Virus genome (UHGV): UHGV-1374997
Strand: one strand, 5' to 3'
Length of the DNA: 64,000 nucleotides
Source of the DNA: a virus
The notes below the pieces were generated by a model that worked only from the letters and a program-made list of their open reading frames with translations, made no database searches and had not been told where the DNA came from. Of the stretch, positions 10,306 to 19,501 are shown piece after piece (position 1 is the stretch's first letter; each line of letters opens with the position of its first letter). A program made the translations under genes and the position numbers.

Positions 10306-10951
10306 GAAGGAAAAACAAATGACTAATTTTCGTTTTACAGTTTTGGAAGAATCCGGTTTAGCTAGTGCTATTCTTGGGACAGGGCTTTCTTTTGGCGTTA
10401 CGTCTGATTACGAGTTAACTGAAAGTGGAAGTTTAGCTTTAATTTACGGCAAAGACCAATCTAAGAAAACTCCAGATGAAATCGCGAATAGAATGAAAAT
10501 CGTTATGGAAAAATTGGCTCCTCTTGAAAAAGGAAATAATAAATTTTTAGAATTTTTAATCGTGCATATGGATATTAACGCCCCCCGTTATTGGTGGAGT
10601 CAATTTGACACATACAGAATTGGGGTGACGAGATTGTCCGAATCTACTATGCACACTCTCATGAAAGGTGGCCTGACTAGAGCTAATTTTTCTGAGGACA
10701 CGCCCCAAAGAGCCATTGATACCGTAAATTCCTGTATTCAAGAAGGAGCTTTTGAAGCTGCTAAAGCATCTTTGCCAGAAGGTTTCATGCAAAGAAGAAT
10801 AGTGTGCACGAATGCAAAAGCTATCAGGAATATGTATATTCAAAGAAGAAATCATCGTTTGAAAGAGTGGAAGATTTTTTGGGAGAATGTGGAATGTGAC
10901 GTGGAAAAATATTATACATTCTCCTATGCGCTTAAAGGGTTATTTTATTAG
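10265..10951 (+). CDS. divergent ThyX-like (flavin-dependent thymidylate synthase-like) protein lacking the canonical RHR motif
   Basis: The segment KGNNKFLEFLIVHMDINAPRYWWSQFDTYRIGVTRLSES aligns with the ThyX core GHxSxLEH..F.I...SR....Q..RHRI.S..Q.S. The RHR position reads TYR instead. Surrounded by nucleotide-metabolism genes. Confidence 0.4.
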   Translation: MSEGLNLSITLKHKKEKQMTNFRFTVLEESGLASAILGTGLSFGVTSDYELTESGSLALIYGKDQSKKTPDEIANRMKIVMEKLAPLEKGNNKFLEFLIVHMDINAPRYWWSQFDTYRIGVTRLSESTMHTLMKGGLTRANFSEDTPQRAIDTVNSCIQEGAFEAAKASLPEGFMQRRIVCTNAKAIRNMYIQRRNHRLKEWKIFWENVECDVEKYYTFSYALKGLFY

Positions 10952-10970
10952 AAAATTTTAGGTAAAATAT

Positions 10971-11726
10971 ATGTATGGATATGTTTATTGTACAACAAAT
11001 TTAATAACAGGTTGTATGTATATAGGTAGACACGCATCTAGCGTATTCGATGAAAAGTATTTTGGTTCGGGAAAGATACTAAAACGAGCTATAAAAAAAT
11101 ATGGAGAGAATAATTTTTCTATAGAGATACTTTGCGAAGCGGAGTCTTACGAAGATTTAGCTGAGAAAGAACGATATTATATAGCGCTATCAGATGCAGT
11201 AAACCGTAAAGATTTTTATAATATAGGCAGGGGAGGAGAAGGGTTTCCGTCCGGAGAAAATCACCCAAACTATGGTAAAAAAGGTAAGGACGCTTTTAGG
11301 TGGGGAAAAGTTCATACTGATAAATTTAAAGAATATATGTCGAGAATACGAAAAGGTATGAAATTTTCTTTTGACCATAAGCAAAAATTATCTCAAAAGA
11401 AATTAGGGGATGCTACATTAAATAAAGGAAGGCGTGTATCAGAAGATACAAAGGCCAAATTATCTCAAATAAATAAAGATGCTCAATTAAATAGGAAAAT
11501 GGGTATTAAGCAAAATGGTAGAATAAGGACTTTTCATGAATTTTTACATGGCTTTAAAGTTGCTATTTACTTTACCGATGGGTCGATTAAGACTTTTGAT
11601 AGCATGAAAGCGTGCGCGAGGTATACTTCATTGAAACATAGGGTGCGCCACATAAATACTATAAAAAGGATTATTAATGGAGAGACATTACCTCCAGAAG
11701 GAATAATAAAAATATGCTATATTTAA
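10971..11726 (+). CDS. GIY-YIG homing endonuclease with NUMOD-like repeats
   Basis: The N-terminus GYVYCTTN...MYIGRH...YIAL...N (GIY-10-YIG...R...E...N pattern) matches the GIY-YIG domain. Repeated [ST]EDTKAKLS-like segments follow. Confidence 0.75.
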   Translation: MYGYVYCTTNLITGCMYIGRHASSVFDEKYFGSGKILKRAIKKYGENNFSIEILCEAESYEDLAEKERYYIALSDAVNRKDFYNIGRGGEGFPSGENHPNYGKKGKDAFRWGKVHTDKFKEYMSRIRKGMKFSFDHKQKLSQKKLGDATLNKGRRVSEDTKAKLSQINKDAQLNRKMGIKQNGRIRTFHEFLHGFKVAIYFTDGSIKTFDSMKACARYTSLKHRVRHINTIKRIINGETLPPEGIIKICYI

Positions 11727-11747
11727 AAAATATTAAGGAAGGGGTGG

Positions 11748-12401
11748 ATGTTTAAATTCAATTATTTGGATAGGATTCTTATAGCTCTTTTAATTAGCGT
11801 ATTTATTGCTAATTCAGTACATAATTATGTAACACTTACAAATTTTAGAAAAAGTAAGAATGTTCAGATAGAGGAACTTCATCATAAGATAGAATTTTTA
11901 AGTACAGCGTTAGGAAGTATGGCCTCTGAAAATGCTATTATGAAGCAGAAGTTGGAAGCCCCTTATCAAAAAAAGGAAAATACGTCTCAAGATAAAAAAG
12001 AGACATACGGAGATACTAGAGGATTGCGGAATAACAATCCTTGTAATCTCAAAAGCTCGAAGAATACGAAATGGGACGGTCAAGTCGGAAGTGATGGCAA
12101 GTTCATTATTTTTGAGTCCCCTGAATATGGTATCCGTGCTTGTGCAAAAAATCTAAAGAATTATCAGCAGAAAAATGGCCTTGACACATTGCGGAGCATG
12201 GTGTATAGAATGGGACCTCCTCACGAAAACGATACAAAAAAATATGTTCGTAATTTATCTAATATCGTAGGAGTATCCCCGGATGAAAAAATTAATGTTC
12301 TTAAACATCTCCCCGAGATTATAAAGGGAATCATTTTTCTTGAAAATGGGAAAATGCCCTATCCTGAGAAGATGTTTATCGGATATACAATCTTTAACTA
12401 A
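11748..12401 (+). CDS. membrane-anchored hypothetical protein
   Basis: N-terminal TM helix (ILIALLISVFIANSV). C-terminal domain carries RNNNPCNL...W.G...F.....G.RA. Family not identified. Confidence 0.4.
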   Translation: MFKFNYLDRILIALLISVFIANSVHNYVTLTNFRKSKNVQIEELHHKIEFLSTALGSMASENAIMKQKLEAPYQKKENTSQDKKETYGDTRGLRNNNPCNLKSSKNTKWDGQVGSDGKFIIFESPEYGIRACAKNLKNYQQKNGLDTLRSMVYRMGPPHENDTKKYVRNLSNIVGVSPDEKINVLKHLPEIIKGIIFLENGKMPYPEKMFIGYTIFN

Positions 12402-12415
12402 CAAGGAGAATCTAC

Positions 12416-12871
12416 ATGAGCAATCACATTATCAACTTCAAGCGTTTTCATGAAAATGCCAGTATGCCCCTCCGTGGAACCGATTGGTCCGCTGGATATG
12501 ACCTCCATGCAGTCACCTGCGATATTGATTGGGATAAAGGGCTTGTTACCTATGGAACCGGAATCGGTATGGAAATCCCTGCGGGGTACGTGGGCCTCGT
12601 GTTTCCTCGGTCTTCCGTATTCAAGAAGGAAATGACGCTCTCTAATTGCGTAGGCGTCATTGACTCCGATTATCGCGGAGAGATCAAGGCTGTCTTCCGC
12701 ATTCCTAAGAATTACTTCCAAGATCCTAGCCTTGCGAATAAAATTTATGTAACTGGCGACCGGATTTGCCAGATTGTCATTGTTCCGTACCTCCCTGTCG
12801 ATTGGGTGGAGACTGAGGAGCTTTCCACAACCGTTCGAGGCACTGGCGGGTTTGGCAGCACTGGTGTGTAA
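12416..12871 (+). CDS. dut: dUTP diphosphatase
   Basis: dUTPase motifs present: AGYDL, PRSS, GVIDSDYRGE, RGTGGFGSTG. Confidence 0.9.
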   Translation: MSNHIINFKRFHENASMPLRGTDWSAGYDLHAVTCDIDWDKGLVTYGTGIGMEIPAGYVGLVFPRSSVFKKEMTLSNCVGVIDSDYRGEIKAVFRIPKNYFQDPSLANKIYVTGDRICQIVIVPYLPVDWVETEELSTTVRGTGGFGSTGV

Positions 12872-12882
12872 ATAATAAAAAA

Positions 12883-12920
12883 TTTTCAATGGCTAGGTAT
12901 TGACGCCTAGCCATTGAAAA
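12883..12920. terminator. perfect 15-bp palindromic hairpin after dut
   Basis: ttttcaatggctagg-8nt-cctagccattgaaaa. Confidence 0.45.
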
Positions 12921-12960
12921 TGTATAAAAATATAAATAAATAAAAAAAAGAGGAAAGCAC

Positions 12961-14859
12961 ATGCACATTAAGATTACTTGGGATCAAGAATTCTACGACC
13001 TTATGATGTATCTTATCGCTAAATACGGCAGGGATTTTTTGACCTTGGATGGAATTGGCGATCAGATGGATATCAATAAATTTTCAAAGGATTTTTTCAA
13101 TACGGACACTACTACGGCGGACGTTTCCGTAGATTCCAACGCCAATGTATGTGCGCGGACATCCATCGAGTATAATCATGAAATGCCGAAGCCTGTCAAA
13201 AAGTACAATAGCTATTTCCTTCTCTGGAAACAAATTAAGAAGGATTATGGGCTCCTTGAAGCTAATACTGTCGTTGAAAAAGTGCTTCGTGGGGACCTTT
13301 ATGTAAATGATTCCACAGATGTAGCACTCCCCTACTGCTTTAACTATTCTACTTATGATATTGCTCTTAATGGATTGGAAGGCGTATCTAAGAGAGTCCG
13401 TGTGTGTGCCCCTAAATCTTTGGAAACATTTGTGCGCCAAGTGGAACAATTCATGGTTGTTGCCGCAAATTCAACCTTGGGAGCTACCGGATTTGCAGAC
13501 TTTCTTATTGTGGCTTCTTTGTTTGTGGAAAAAATGAAAAGCACAGGATATGACGGTCGGATTAAGGTTGACGACTATAAAATATATGTGAAGGAAAAAC
13601 TTATTAATTTTATCTATACGGTAAATTGGGAGTTCCGGGGAAACCAGAGCCCGTTTTCTAATCTCTCTGTATTCGACCGTAATTTTCTTGAGTCTCTTTG
13701 TCCTGATTATACGATGGATGGAAAAGCTGCTAATCCTGAAACTGTTCATGAATTGCAGAGTCTTTTCCTCGACGCCATGAATGAAGAGATGCGGAGAACG
13801 CCTCTTACGTTTCCCGTAACGACAGCTTGCTTCTCTATTGATGACGACCGAAATATCGTAGATAAGGACTTTGTAAAATTCATTGCTGAGAAAAACAAAG
13901 AGTTCGGATTTATCAATATGTATAATGGCAAGATGTCAACTTTGAGTTCGTGCTGTCGGCTTAGATCAGACAGGAAGAATGAATATTTTAATTCTTTCGG
14001 CTCCGGAAGCACAAAAATTGGATCTCTTGGTGTTGTGACGGCAAACTTCCCTCGCCTTGCAATGCAGTCGGGGGGAGATGAGGGCGTGTTTATTGATAAG
14101 CTTAGGGATGCGTTTTTTACCGCAGCGAAAATCAATAACGCTAAACGCAAAATCGTACAGCGTCGAATTGATCTGGGGGCCGCGCCTTTGTACACGCATG
14201 GGTATATGGATATTACTAAACAGTATTCCACCTTTGGAGTCACCGGACTGTATGAAGCAGTGAGCATCCTCGGAAAGGACATTTTGGATGAGGATGGGCA
14301 AGATCTTGTGATGCGGACTCTTGAACAGATTAACCTTTGGATTGATGAAGCTCAAGAATTGTATCAAGCTCCTCATAATTGTGAACAGGTTCCCGCCGAG
14401 TCGTCCTCTGTGAAACTCGCAAAGAAAGATAAAGTCCTTGGTTACGATTGTGGAGTATCCTTCTATTCCAATCAGTTTATTCCGCTTATCGCTAAAGCCA
14501 ACATGCTCGACCGTATTAGACTCCAAGGAAAATTCGATGGATTGTTTTCGGGGGGAGCGATTTGCCATGTCAATGTTGGTGAGAGGATCGAAGATACGAA
14601 AAATATCGAAGACCTTATTTTCTATGCAGCAAAATCCGGTGTTGTTTATTGGGCGGTAAACTATCTTCTTCGAATCTGTAATGACAACCATACTTGGGTG
14701 GGTTCTGACAGATGCCCTATCTGTGGCAAAGAATGGTCTGAGGAGATTACCCGTGTTGTAGGGTTCTTTACCAATGTAAAAAATTGGAACAAGGTTCGTA
14801 GAGAAGAAGACCGACCCAATCGTCAGTTCTATAGTAAGGAAGAAATGAAATGCGAGTAG
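12961..14859 (+). CDS. nrdD: anaerobic ribonucleoside-triphosphate reductase (class III)
   Basis: C-terminal Zn ribbon CPICG, and glycyl-radical region ITRVVGFFTNVKNWNKVRREEDR matching RxxGY..PV.NWNKGK..E..DR. Size 632 aa. Confidence 0.8.
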   Translation: MHIKITWDQEFYDLMMYLIAKYGRDFLTLDGIGDQMDINKFSKDFFNTDTTTADVSVDSNANVCARTSIEYNHEMPKPVKKYNSYFLLWKQIKKDYGLLEANTVVEKVLRGDLYVNDSTDVALPYCFNYSTYDIALNGLEGVSKRVRVCAPKSLETFVRQVEQFMVVAANSTLGATGFADFLIVASLFVEKMKSTGYDGRIKVDDYKIYVKEKLINFIYTVNWEFRGNQSPFSNLSVFDRNFLESLCPDYTMDGKAANPETVHELQSLFLDAMNEEMRRTPLTFPVTTACFSIDDDRNIVDKDFVKFIAEKNKEFGFINMYNGKMSTLSSCCRLRSDRKNEYFNSFGSGSTKIGSLGVVTANFPRLAMQSGGDEGVFIDKLRDAFFTAAKINNAKRKIVQRRIDLGAAPLYTHGYMDITKQYSTFGVTGLYEAVSILGKDILDEDGQDLVMRTLEQINLWIDEAQELYQAPHNCEQVPAESSSVKLAKKDKVLGYDCGVSFYSNQFIPLIAKANMLDRIRLQGKFDGLFSGGAICHVNVGERIEDTKNIEDLIFYAAKSGVVYWAVNYLLRICNDNHTWVGSDRCPICGKEWSEEITRVVGFFTNVKNWNKVRREEDRPNRQFYSKEEMKCE

Positions 14860-15293
14860 CGGGCACGGAGTTTAATTTGGCTCATCGAGCATTGGAAATA
14901 TATCTTTCCGGATGCAAAGCCCCCCATTGCGAAGGGTGCCACAATAAAGAGCTTTGGGAATTTAATCAGGGGATTCCGTATCAAGAATGGATTAAAACCC
15001 AAGAAAATTCTGGACTTTTTAAAGATAGTCAGATATTAATAAAAAGGGTCTGGATTTTGGGGGGTGAGCCTCTTGACCAGAATTTGATTTCCCTTCAAAA
15101 CTTCATTACCCAGTTGTATGTGTATTTTCCAGAGATTTGGTTGTGGACAAGGTATGAAAAAATCCCTAGGCCACTCCACCATCTACTAAGATATGCTAAA
15201 CTCGGAATGTATGATAAGACAAAACCATCTTATACGGAGCCTTTGTTCGAGATAAAGCTGGCGTCGAATAACCAAAGAATCATAGAGTTGTAG
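14850..15293 (+). CDS. nrdG: anaerobic RNR activating protein (radical SAM)
   Basis: LSGCKAPHCEGCHNKELW resembles the NrdG cluster GCxxxCxGCxN. The gene overlaps the nrdD stop. Confidence 0.65.
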   Translation: MRVAGTEFNLAHRALEIYLSGCKAPHCEGCHNKELWEFNQGIPYQEWIKTQENSGLFKDSQILIKRVWILGGEPLDQNLISLQNFITQLYVYFPEIWLWTRYEKIPRPLHHLLRYAKLGMYDKTKPSYTEPLFEIKLASNNQRIIEL

Positions 15294-15342
15294 CTTAATC
15301 TGAGGTACGTAATCGTATTTAGTTTTACGTACCTCAGATTAA
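15294..15342 (+). terminator. 17-bp stem hairpin after nrdG
   Basis: ttaatctgaggtacgta...tacgtacctcagattaa. Confidence 0.5.
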
Positions 15343-15356
15343 ATAAAGGAGGATCT

Positions 15357-15602
15357 ATGGAGTTTACGAATCGAGAAGGTGCGGTAGTTTCCGCATTTAC
15401 TGGATTTCTGATGGGTGCATGGAGCGAATATCATTCTTATGTTGAGGAACTTTTTGGGCGGCCCGTAACCCACGTAGAAATGTGCGACCCTGATTTTAGA
15501 AAGGAGCTTAGAGAAAAAGCCCGTCCAGACTTTGTGGGTATATGCGATATTCTTTATGAGGAATGGCTTAATAGTGGAAAAGAAAATACTAAGGAGGCAT
15601 AA
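15357..15602 (+). CDS. hypothetical protein
   Basis: 81-aa ORF with RBS aaaggagga. Confidence 0.35.
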   Translation: MEFTNREGAVVSAFTGFLMGAWSEYHSYVEELFGRPVTHVEMCDPDFRKELREKARPDFVGICDILYEEWLNSGKENTKEA

Positions 15603-15604
15603 AG

Positions 15605-16075
15605 ATGAGCGAGTTATATCAAACTATTATAGAAATACCTAAATTCACACTGTTCATCCCTACCGAAGAACGCCCCATCCATAGAATTGTTCTTGGAACT
15701 CATAGATGCAGAATTGTGGGTATTGGGGATGACGCCTTTCCTATCGAGGATGGAACTCTCTCTTTTGCAAATGGTCTTAACCTTTTTCGGGTTAAGGGAC
15801 GCTATTCTCAATATGATCTTCTTTTTAAGGAGCAAATACCAGAAGAAGAAATTGATAAATACGATAAGGACGATTCTGAAATCTATTATGCTCGTAAGCA
15901 TTGGTTTTCAAATAAGAAAGTGGCGTATGGGGATGGATGGTGCAAGTTAAAAGAAAAAAGGGAAATTGATATAATTTTCAAAGCTCCTTTGCATCTTAGT
16001 ATAGCCCTCATCCCTTTGGAGCAGCGAGAAGAGCTTTGGGAAGATTTGATTAAGAAAGGAGCCGTATGTATATGA
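15605..16075 (+). CDS. hypothetical protein
   Basis: 156-aa ORF with RBS taaggagg upstream. Confidence 0.35.
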   Translation: MSELYQTIIEIPKFTLFIPTEERPIHRIVLGTHRCRIVGIGDDAFPIEDGTLSFANGLNLFRVKGRYSQYDLLFKEQIPEEEIDKYDKDDSEIYYARKHWFSNKKVAYGDGWCKLKEKREIDIIFKAPLHLSIALIPLEQREELWEDLIKKGAVCI

Positions 16076-16647
16076 AGGATACTAAAGTTATCAATCTTTA
16101 TGGAGGCCCCGGATGTGGGAAAAGTACCGGAGCCGCCCATATATTCTCGGAGCTAAAGCTGTGTGGGATTTCTTGCGAGCTTGTAACTGAGTTTGCTAAA
16201 GATTGTGTATGGGACAATAGCGTCGACCTACTGAATGATCAATTGCTCGTTACCGCGCAGCAATGGCATCGAGTAGATAGGCTTCTTGGGAAAGTCGATT
16301 ATGTTATTACGGACTCGCCTATCCTGATTGGACTGGCATATATCGCTCCTAAGTCGTATTATTACACACCTTTATTCGAATTGATCCTCAATCTGCATCG
16401 CTCCGTAAAGACAATGGATGTTTTTGTTAAAAGGGTGAAAAAATATTCTATGGTAGGTAGAATCCAAACGGAAACGGAAGCAAAAGAGAAAGACATAATT
16501 CTTAAAGAAATTTTTGAAAAACATACTAATTTGTCTTCTCAATTCTATATCATTGGAGATGAAGATGGATACAACGCCGTGATTGATGAAATTCTTCTAA
16601 ATCATAAAGGGAGCCATCATAGACAACAATCCATTTATGAGTGGTAA
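16066..16647 (+). CDS. P-loop NTPase, putative (d)NMP/nucleoside kinase
   Basis: Walker A motif LYGGPGCGKST close to the N-terminus. Confidence 0.45.
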   Translation: MYMKDTKVINLYGGPGCGKSTGAAHIFSELKLCGISCELVTEFAKDCVWDNSVDLLNDQLLVTAQQWHRVDRLLGKVDYVITDSPILIGLAYIAPKSYYYTPLFELILNLHRSVKTMDVFVKRVKKYSMVGRIQTETEAKEKDIILKEIFEKHTNLSSQFYIIGDEDGYNAVIDEILLNHKGSHHRQQSIYEW

Positions 16648-16744
16648 GGAGCAATTTTAGGCCCTTAGTGTTCTATAAAGAGCGATTATACTTCGTTTTT
16701 ATAATATGTACTTTGATTATTTTTGATATAAATAAAAATTAATA

Positions 16745-16772
16745 ATGGGGCGTATTTACGCCCCATATTTTT
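16745..16772 (+). terminator. GC hairpin + T-run
   Basis: ggggcg-tattta-cgcccc followed by atattttt. Confidence 0.55.
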
Positions 16773-16800
16773 CCTATTTTACAATTTTGTCAATTTTTTA

Positions 16801-16829
16801 CTTGACAAAGGAAAATATATGTCGTATAG
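16801..16829 (+). promoter_or_regulatory. sigma70-like promoter candidate upstream of portal
   Basis: TTGACA-17-TATAGG. Confidence 0.35.
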
Positions 16830-16865
16830 GACGTAGTAGTAAATTTTTACCGTAGGGCAGGTACT

Positions 16866-18194
16866 ATGGGTTTTTTAAATATTTTCGATAACTTCCGAAA
16901 AAAGGACTCAGAATATAAATCGAATATGGATGATTCGTTCTTAAATTCGATTTCTGTTTCCGATTCCGGTACTCCCGTTACCACACGGACAGCACTTGAT
17001 TGTTCTGTCGTCTTGGCTTGTGTTTCCGTTATTTCCAATGGTATCGCTCAGGTTCCTTTTCGTTTGTATCAAAAAAAGGGAAATACTAGAAAGCCAGCGG
17101 AAAATCACCCATTGTATTGGCTTTTTGAGGAAGGCCCAAACCCATATCAAAGCCAATTTGAATTTCGGGAGACTCTCGGCTTGCATCTCGCGCTGACTGG
17201 AGAGGCTTTCGTTTGGCTTGTAAGAGTACGTGGAGAGATTAAGGAGATGTATCCTTTCCCTCCCGGCATGGTTAATGTTCAGATGGATGAATCTGATTCT
17301 CTTGGGCTTCGGTCAAAATATTTTGTAACGACCGAAAACGGACGATATATTGAAATCCCTGAAAAGGATATGTGGCATTTGAAGTGGAGAGGATACGATG
17401 TTATTCGTGGCCTGTCCCCTGTCAAACTGGCTAAAAATGCTATTGGTCTTTCTTTGTCTTCGGATAAATATCTTGGAACATCTTTAAAGAATGGAGTTAA
17501 ACCTTCCGGAATTCTTACCGCAGTAAATGACTTGACAGAGGAACAGAGAAAGCGTATTCGTGAGACGTGGGAGAGAGAATATAGCGGTTCAAGAAATGCC
17601 AATAAGACAATTATCTTGAGCAACGATTTTCGATATCAGCAGATGTCCATGACTAATCAGGACGCTCAGTTTGTTGAGAATCGTCAATTCCAAGTTGCGG
17701 ATCTTTGTCGAAATTGGGGAGTGATGCCAATCATGGTCTTTGATTATATGAAGACCACAACGTACGCATCTTCCGAACAGCTTTTCTTGCAGCATAAAAT
17801 TCATACGCTTGATCCGTGGTATCGGCGTATTGAAACGAGTGCCAATAAATTCTTGCTCACAGAAGAACAGCGTAGAAAGGAAGGTCTGTATTTCAAGTTC
17901 ATGGATGATGGATTGCTTCGTGGCGACGCGAAAAGCCGTGCCGAAGTTTACCGCACTGCCATCAATTCCGGGTATATGACTCCTAATGAAGTTCGAGCCC
18001 TGTCTGAAATGAATCCCGTCAAGGGCGGCGATGAGCTATTTATGCAGGGGGCTATGAGGACTGTAGAATCCATTGTTAAGGAAGCGGACGTAATGGACGC
18101 ACAGATTCCTCAATCAGGTAGTACAATTCCGAAAAAACCTAAAAACGGAGAGACGAACAATGACGATCAACGGAATGACGAAAACAATGAGTAA
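16866..18194 (+). CDS. portal protein (HK97-type module)
   Basis: 442 aa. It is the first gene of a portal-protease-capsid cluster downstream of a terminator and promoter. Assignment rests on position and size. Confidence 0.6.
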   Translation: MGFLNIFDNFRKKDSEYKSNMDDSFLNSISVSDSGTPVTTRTALDCSVVLACVSVISNGIAQVPFRLYQKKGNTRKPAENHPLYWLFEEGPNPYQSQFEFRETLGLHLALTGEAFVWLVRVRGEIKEMYPFPPGMVNVQMDESDSLGLRSKYFVTTENGRYIEIPEKDMWHLKWRGYDVIRGLSPVKLAKNAIGLSLSSDKYLGTSLKNGVKPSGILTAVNDLTEEQRKRIRETWEREYSGSRNANKTIILSNDFRYQQMSMTNQDAQFVENRQFQVADLCRNWGVMPIMVFDYMKTTTYASSEQLFLQHKIHTLDPWYRRIETSANKFLLTEEQRRKEGLYFKFMDDGLLRGDAKSRAEVYRTAINSGYMTPNEVRALSEMNPVKGGDELFMQGAMRTVESIVKEADVMDAQIPQSGSTIPKKPKNGETNNDDQRNDENNE

Positions 18195-18363
18195 AGATCA
18201 AGCCACCCTTTCTAAGCTTATTTATTTCAAGAAACGTGATTTGGATTGGGTAGAGGAGCTTTTGCGGCAAGGCGTCGACCCAACCTGTACTGAATATGAA
18301 CTCATTAAAAAAGAGTTGGCGGAACTGGAGAGCGAATTTAAAGGAAATTCGGAGAAAAAATAA
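18160..18363 (+). CDS. hypothetical small protein
   Basis: 67-aa ORF between portal and protease. Confidence 0.3.
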   Translation: MTINGMTKTMSKDQATLSKLIYFKKRDLDWVEELLRQGVDPTCTEYELIKKELAELESEFKGNSEKK

Positions 18364-19289
18364 TGACAGTTGAAACGAAACAATTTTATGCTTTCAATGA
18401 TCTTGAATGTAAAAGCGATGATGGAGATCAATATACGTTTTCCGGCTATCTCGCGGTTTATAATAATGTTGATCAAGGACTCGATGTTATTATGCCGGGC
18501 GCATTCAAAGACTCTCTTCGAGAATGGAAAAAGAAAGGATACTATCCTCCGATGTTAAAGCAGCATGGAGGATTTAAGATCAATGCTGATGACCTTGAGC
18601 CTATCGGAAAATGGACGCTCATGCGTGAAGATGATAAGGGGCTTTATGTTGAAGGAAAGCTCTTTAGCACCACGTCTGGAAGAAATATATGGACGGTCCT
18701 GAAAGAATCTGATCCCGGCTCAATGGGTATGAGTATTGGATATCAAGCCAGAGATTATAAATACGTTGAAGGGAAGAAATACGGTAAACAATATTCTGGT
18801 TATACTATTCGAGAATTAAATAAAATTAATCTTAGCGAAGGGTCAGTGGTGACATTTCCCATGAATACGGAAGCTACTATTGACGCGGTGAAAAATATCG
18901 GCACCCTGCGAGATGCCGAACAATTCCTCCGTGAAAAAGGTTTTTCCAATAAGGAAGCCAAAGATATCGTTGTCCAGCTTAAATCCATTATCTCCGCTGA
19001 TATTGATGCGGAAATTAAGGGAATTAAACAGCCGGAAGAATCTAAGGAAGCTCATGAGGAACCTAAAGAAACTCAAGAGGAATCTGTAAGTATTTCCGAA
19101 AAGTCGAATGAGTCTGAAAGCAAAGCCCCCGAAAACATTGCTGAGGATAAAACGAAAGACGAAAATACGGAAGAAGCTAAAATGGACGAAGAACTTTCTG
19201 CATGGCTTGATGAGGCTATTGCTACCAAGCGTAAAGAAAATGCGGAAAGGGAAACTCTGGAAGCACTGGAAGCGTTGCTCCGAAAATAA
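18363..19289 (+). CDS. prohead protease (HK97 family) with acidic scaffold-like C-terminal tail
   Basis: N-terminal half resembles HK97 prohead proteases (GYLAVYNNVD...IMPGAFKDSL...PMLKQHG...GMSIGY). The C-terminus is acidic and coiled-coil. Confidence 0.7.
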   Translation: MTVETKQFYAFNDLECKSDDGDQYTFSGYLAVYNNVDQGLDVIMPGAFKDSLREWKKKGYYPPMLKQHGGFKINADDLEPIGKWTLMREDDKGLYVEGKLFSTTSGRNIWTVLKESDPGSMGMSIGYQARDYKYVEGKKYGKQYSGYTIRELNKINLSEGSVVTFPMNTEATIDAVKNIGTLRDAEQFLREKGFSNKEAKDIVVQLKSIISADIDAEIKGIKQPEESKEAHEEPKETQEESVSISEKSNESESKAPENIAEDKTKDENTEEAKMDEELSAWLDEAIATKRKENAERETLEALEALLRK

Positions 19290-19317
19290 TTTTTAATAAA
19301 AAAAATATGACTGATTA

Positions 19318-19357
19318 TTACGCCGTTTTCTTAATTGAGACGGCGTAATTTTTTTGT
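19318..19357 (+). terminator. rho-independent terminator
   Basis: attacgccgt...acggcgtaat stem followed by ttttttt. Confidence 0.65.
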
Positions 19358-19374
19358 TCTTTTTAAAAAAGGGG

Positions 19375-19403
19375 TTGACAAAAATGTAAAAATATGATTT
19401 ACA
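19375..19403 (+). promoter_or_regulatory. TTGACAAAAATGTAAAA motif (shared with 49951)
   Basis: Identical 17-mer upstream of the capsid gene. The -10 is less clear here. Confidence 0.35.
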
Positions 19404-19501
19404 CTATCAAAGTCAATATTGGCAATGCCTCAGTTCGGGATGAATGGGAGGTGCTTTTTACTTTATCTATTTTAAAAATCTCGAAAAGAGGAAGTATTTT
19501 T

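Noticed and set aside
12398-12889. 163-aa minus-strand ORF covering dut
   Set aside because: It is the shadow of a gene with unambiguous dUTPase motifs on the plus strand.
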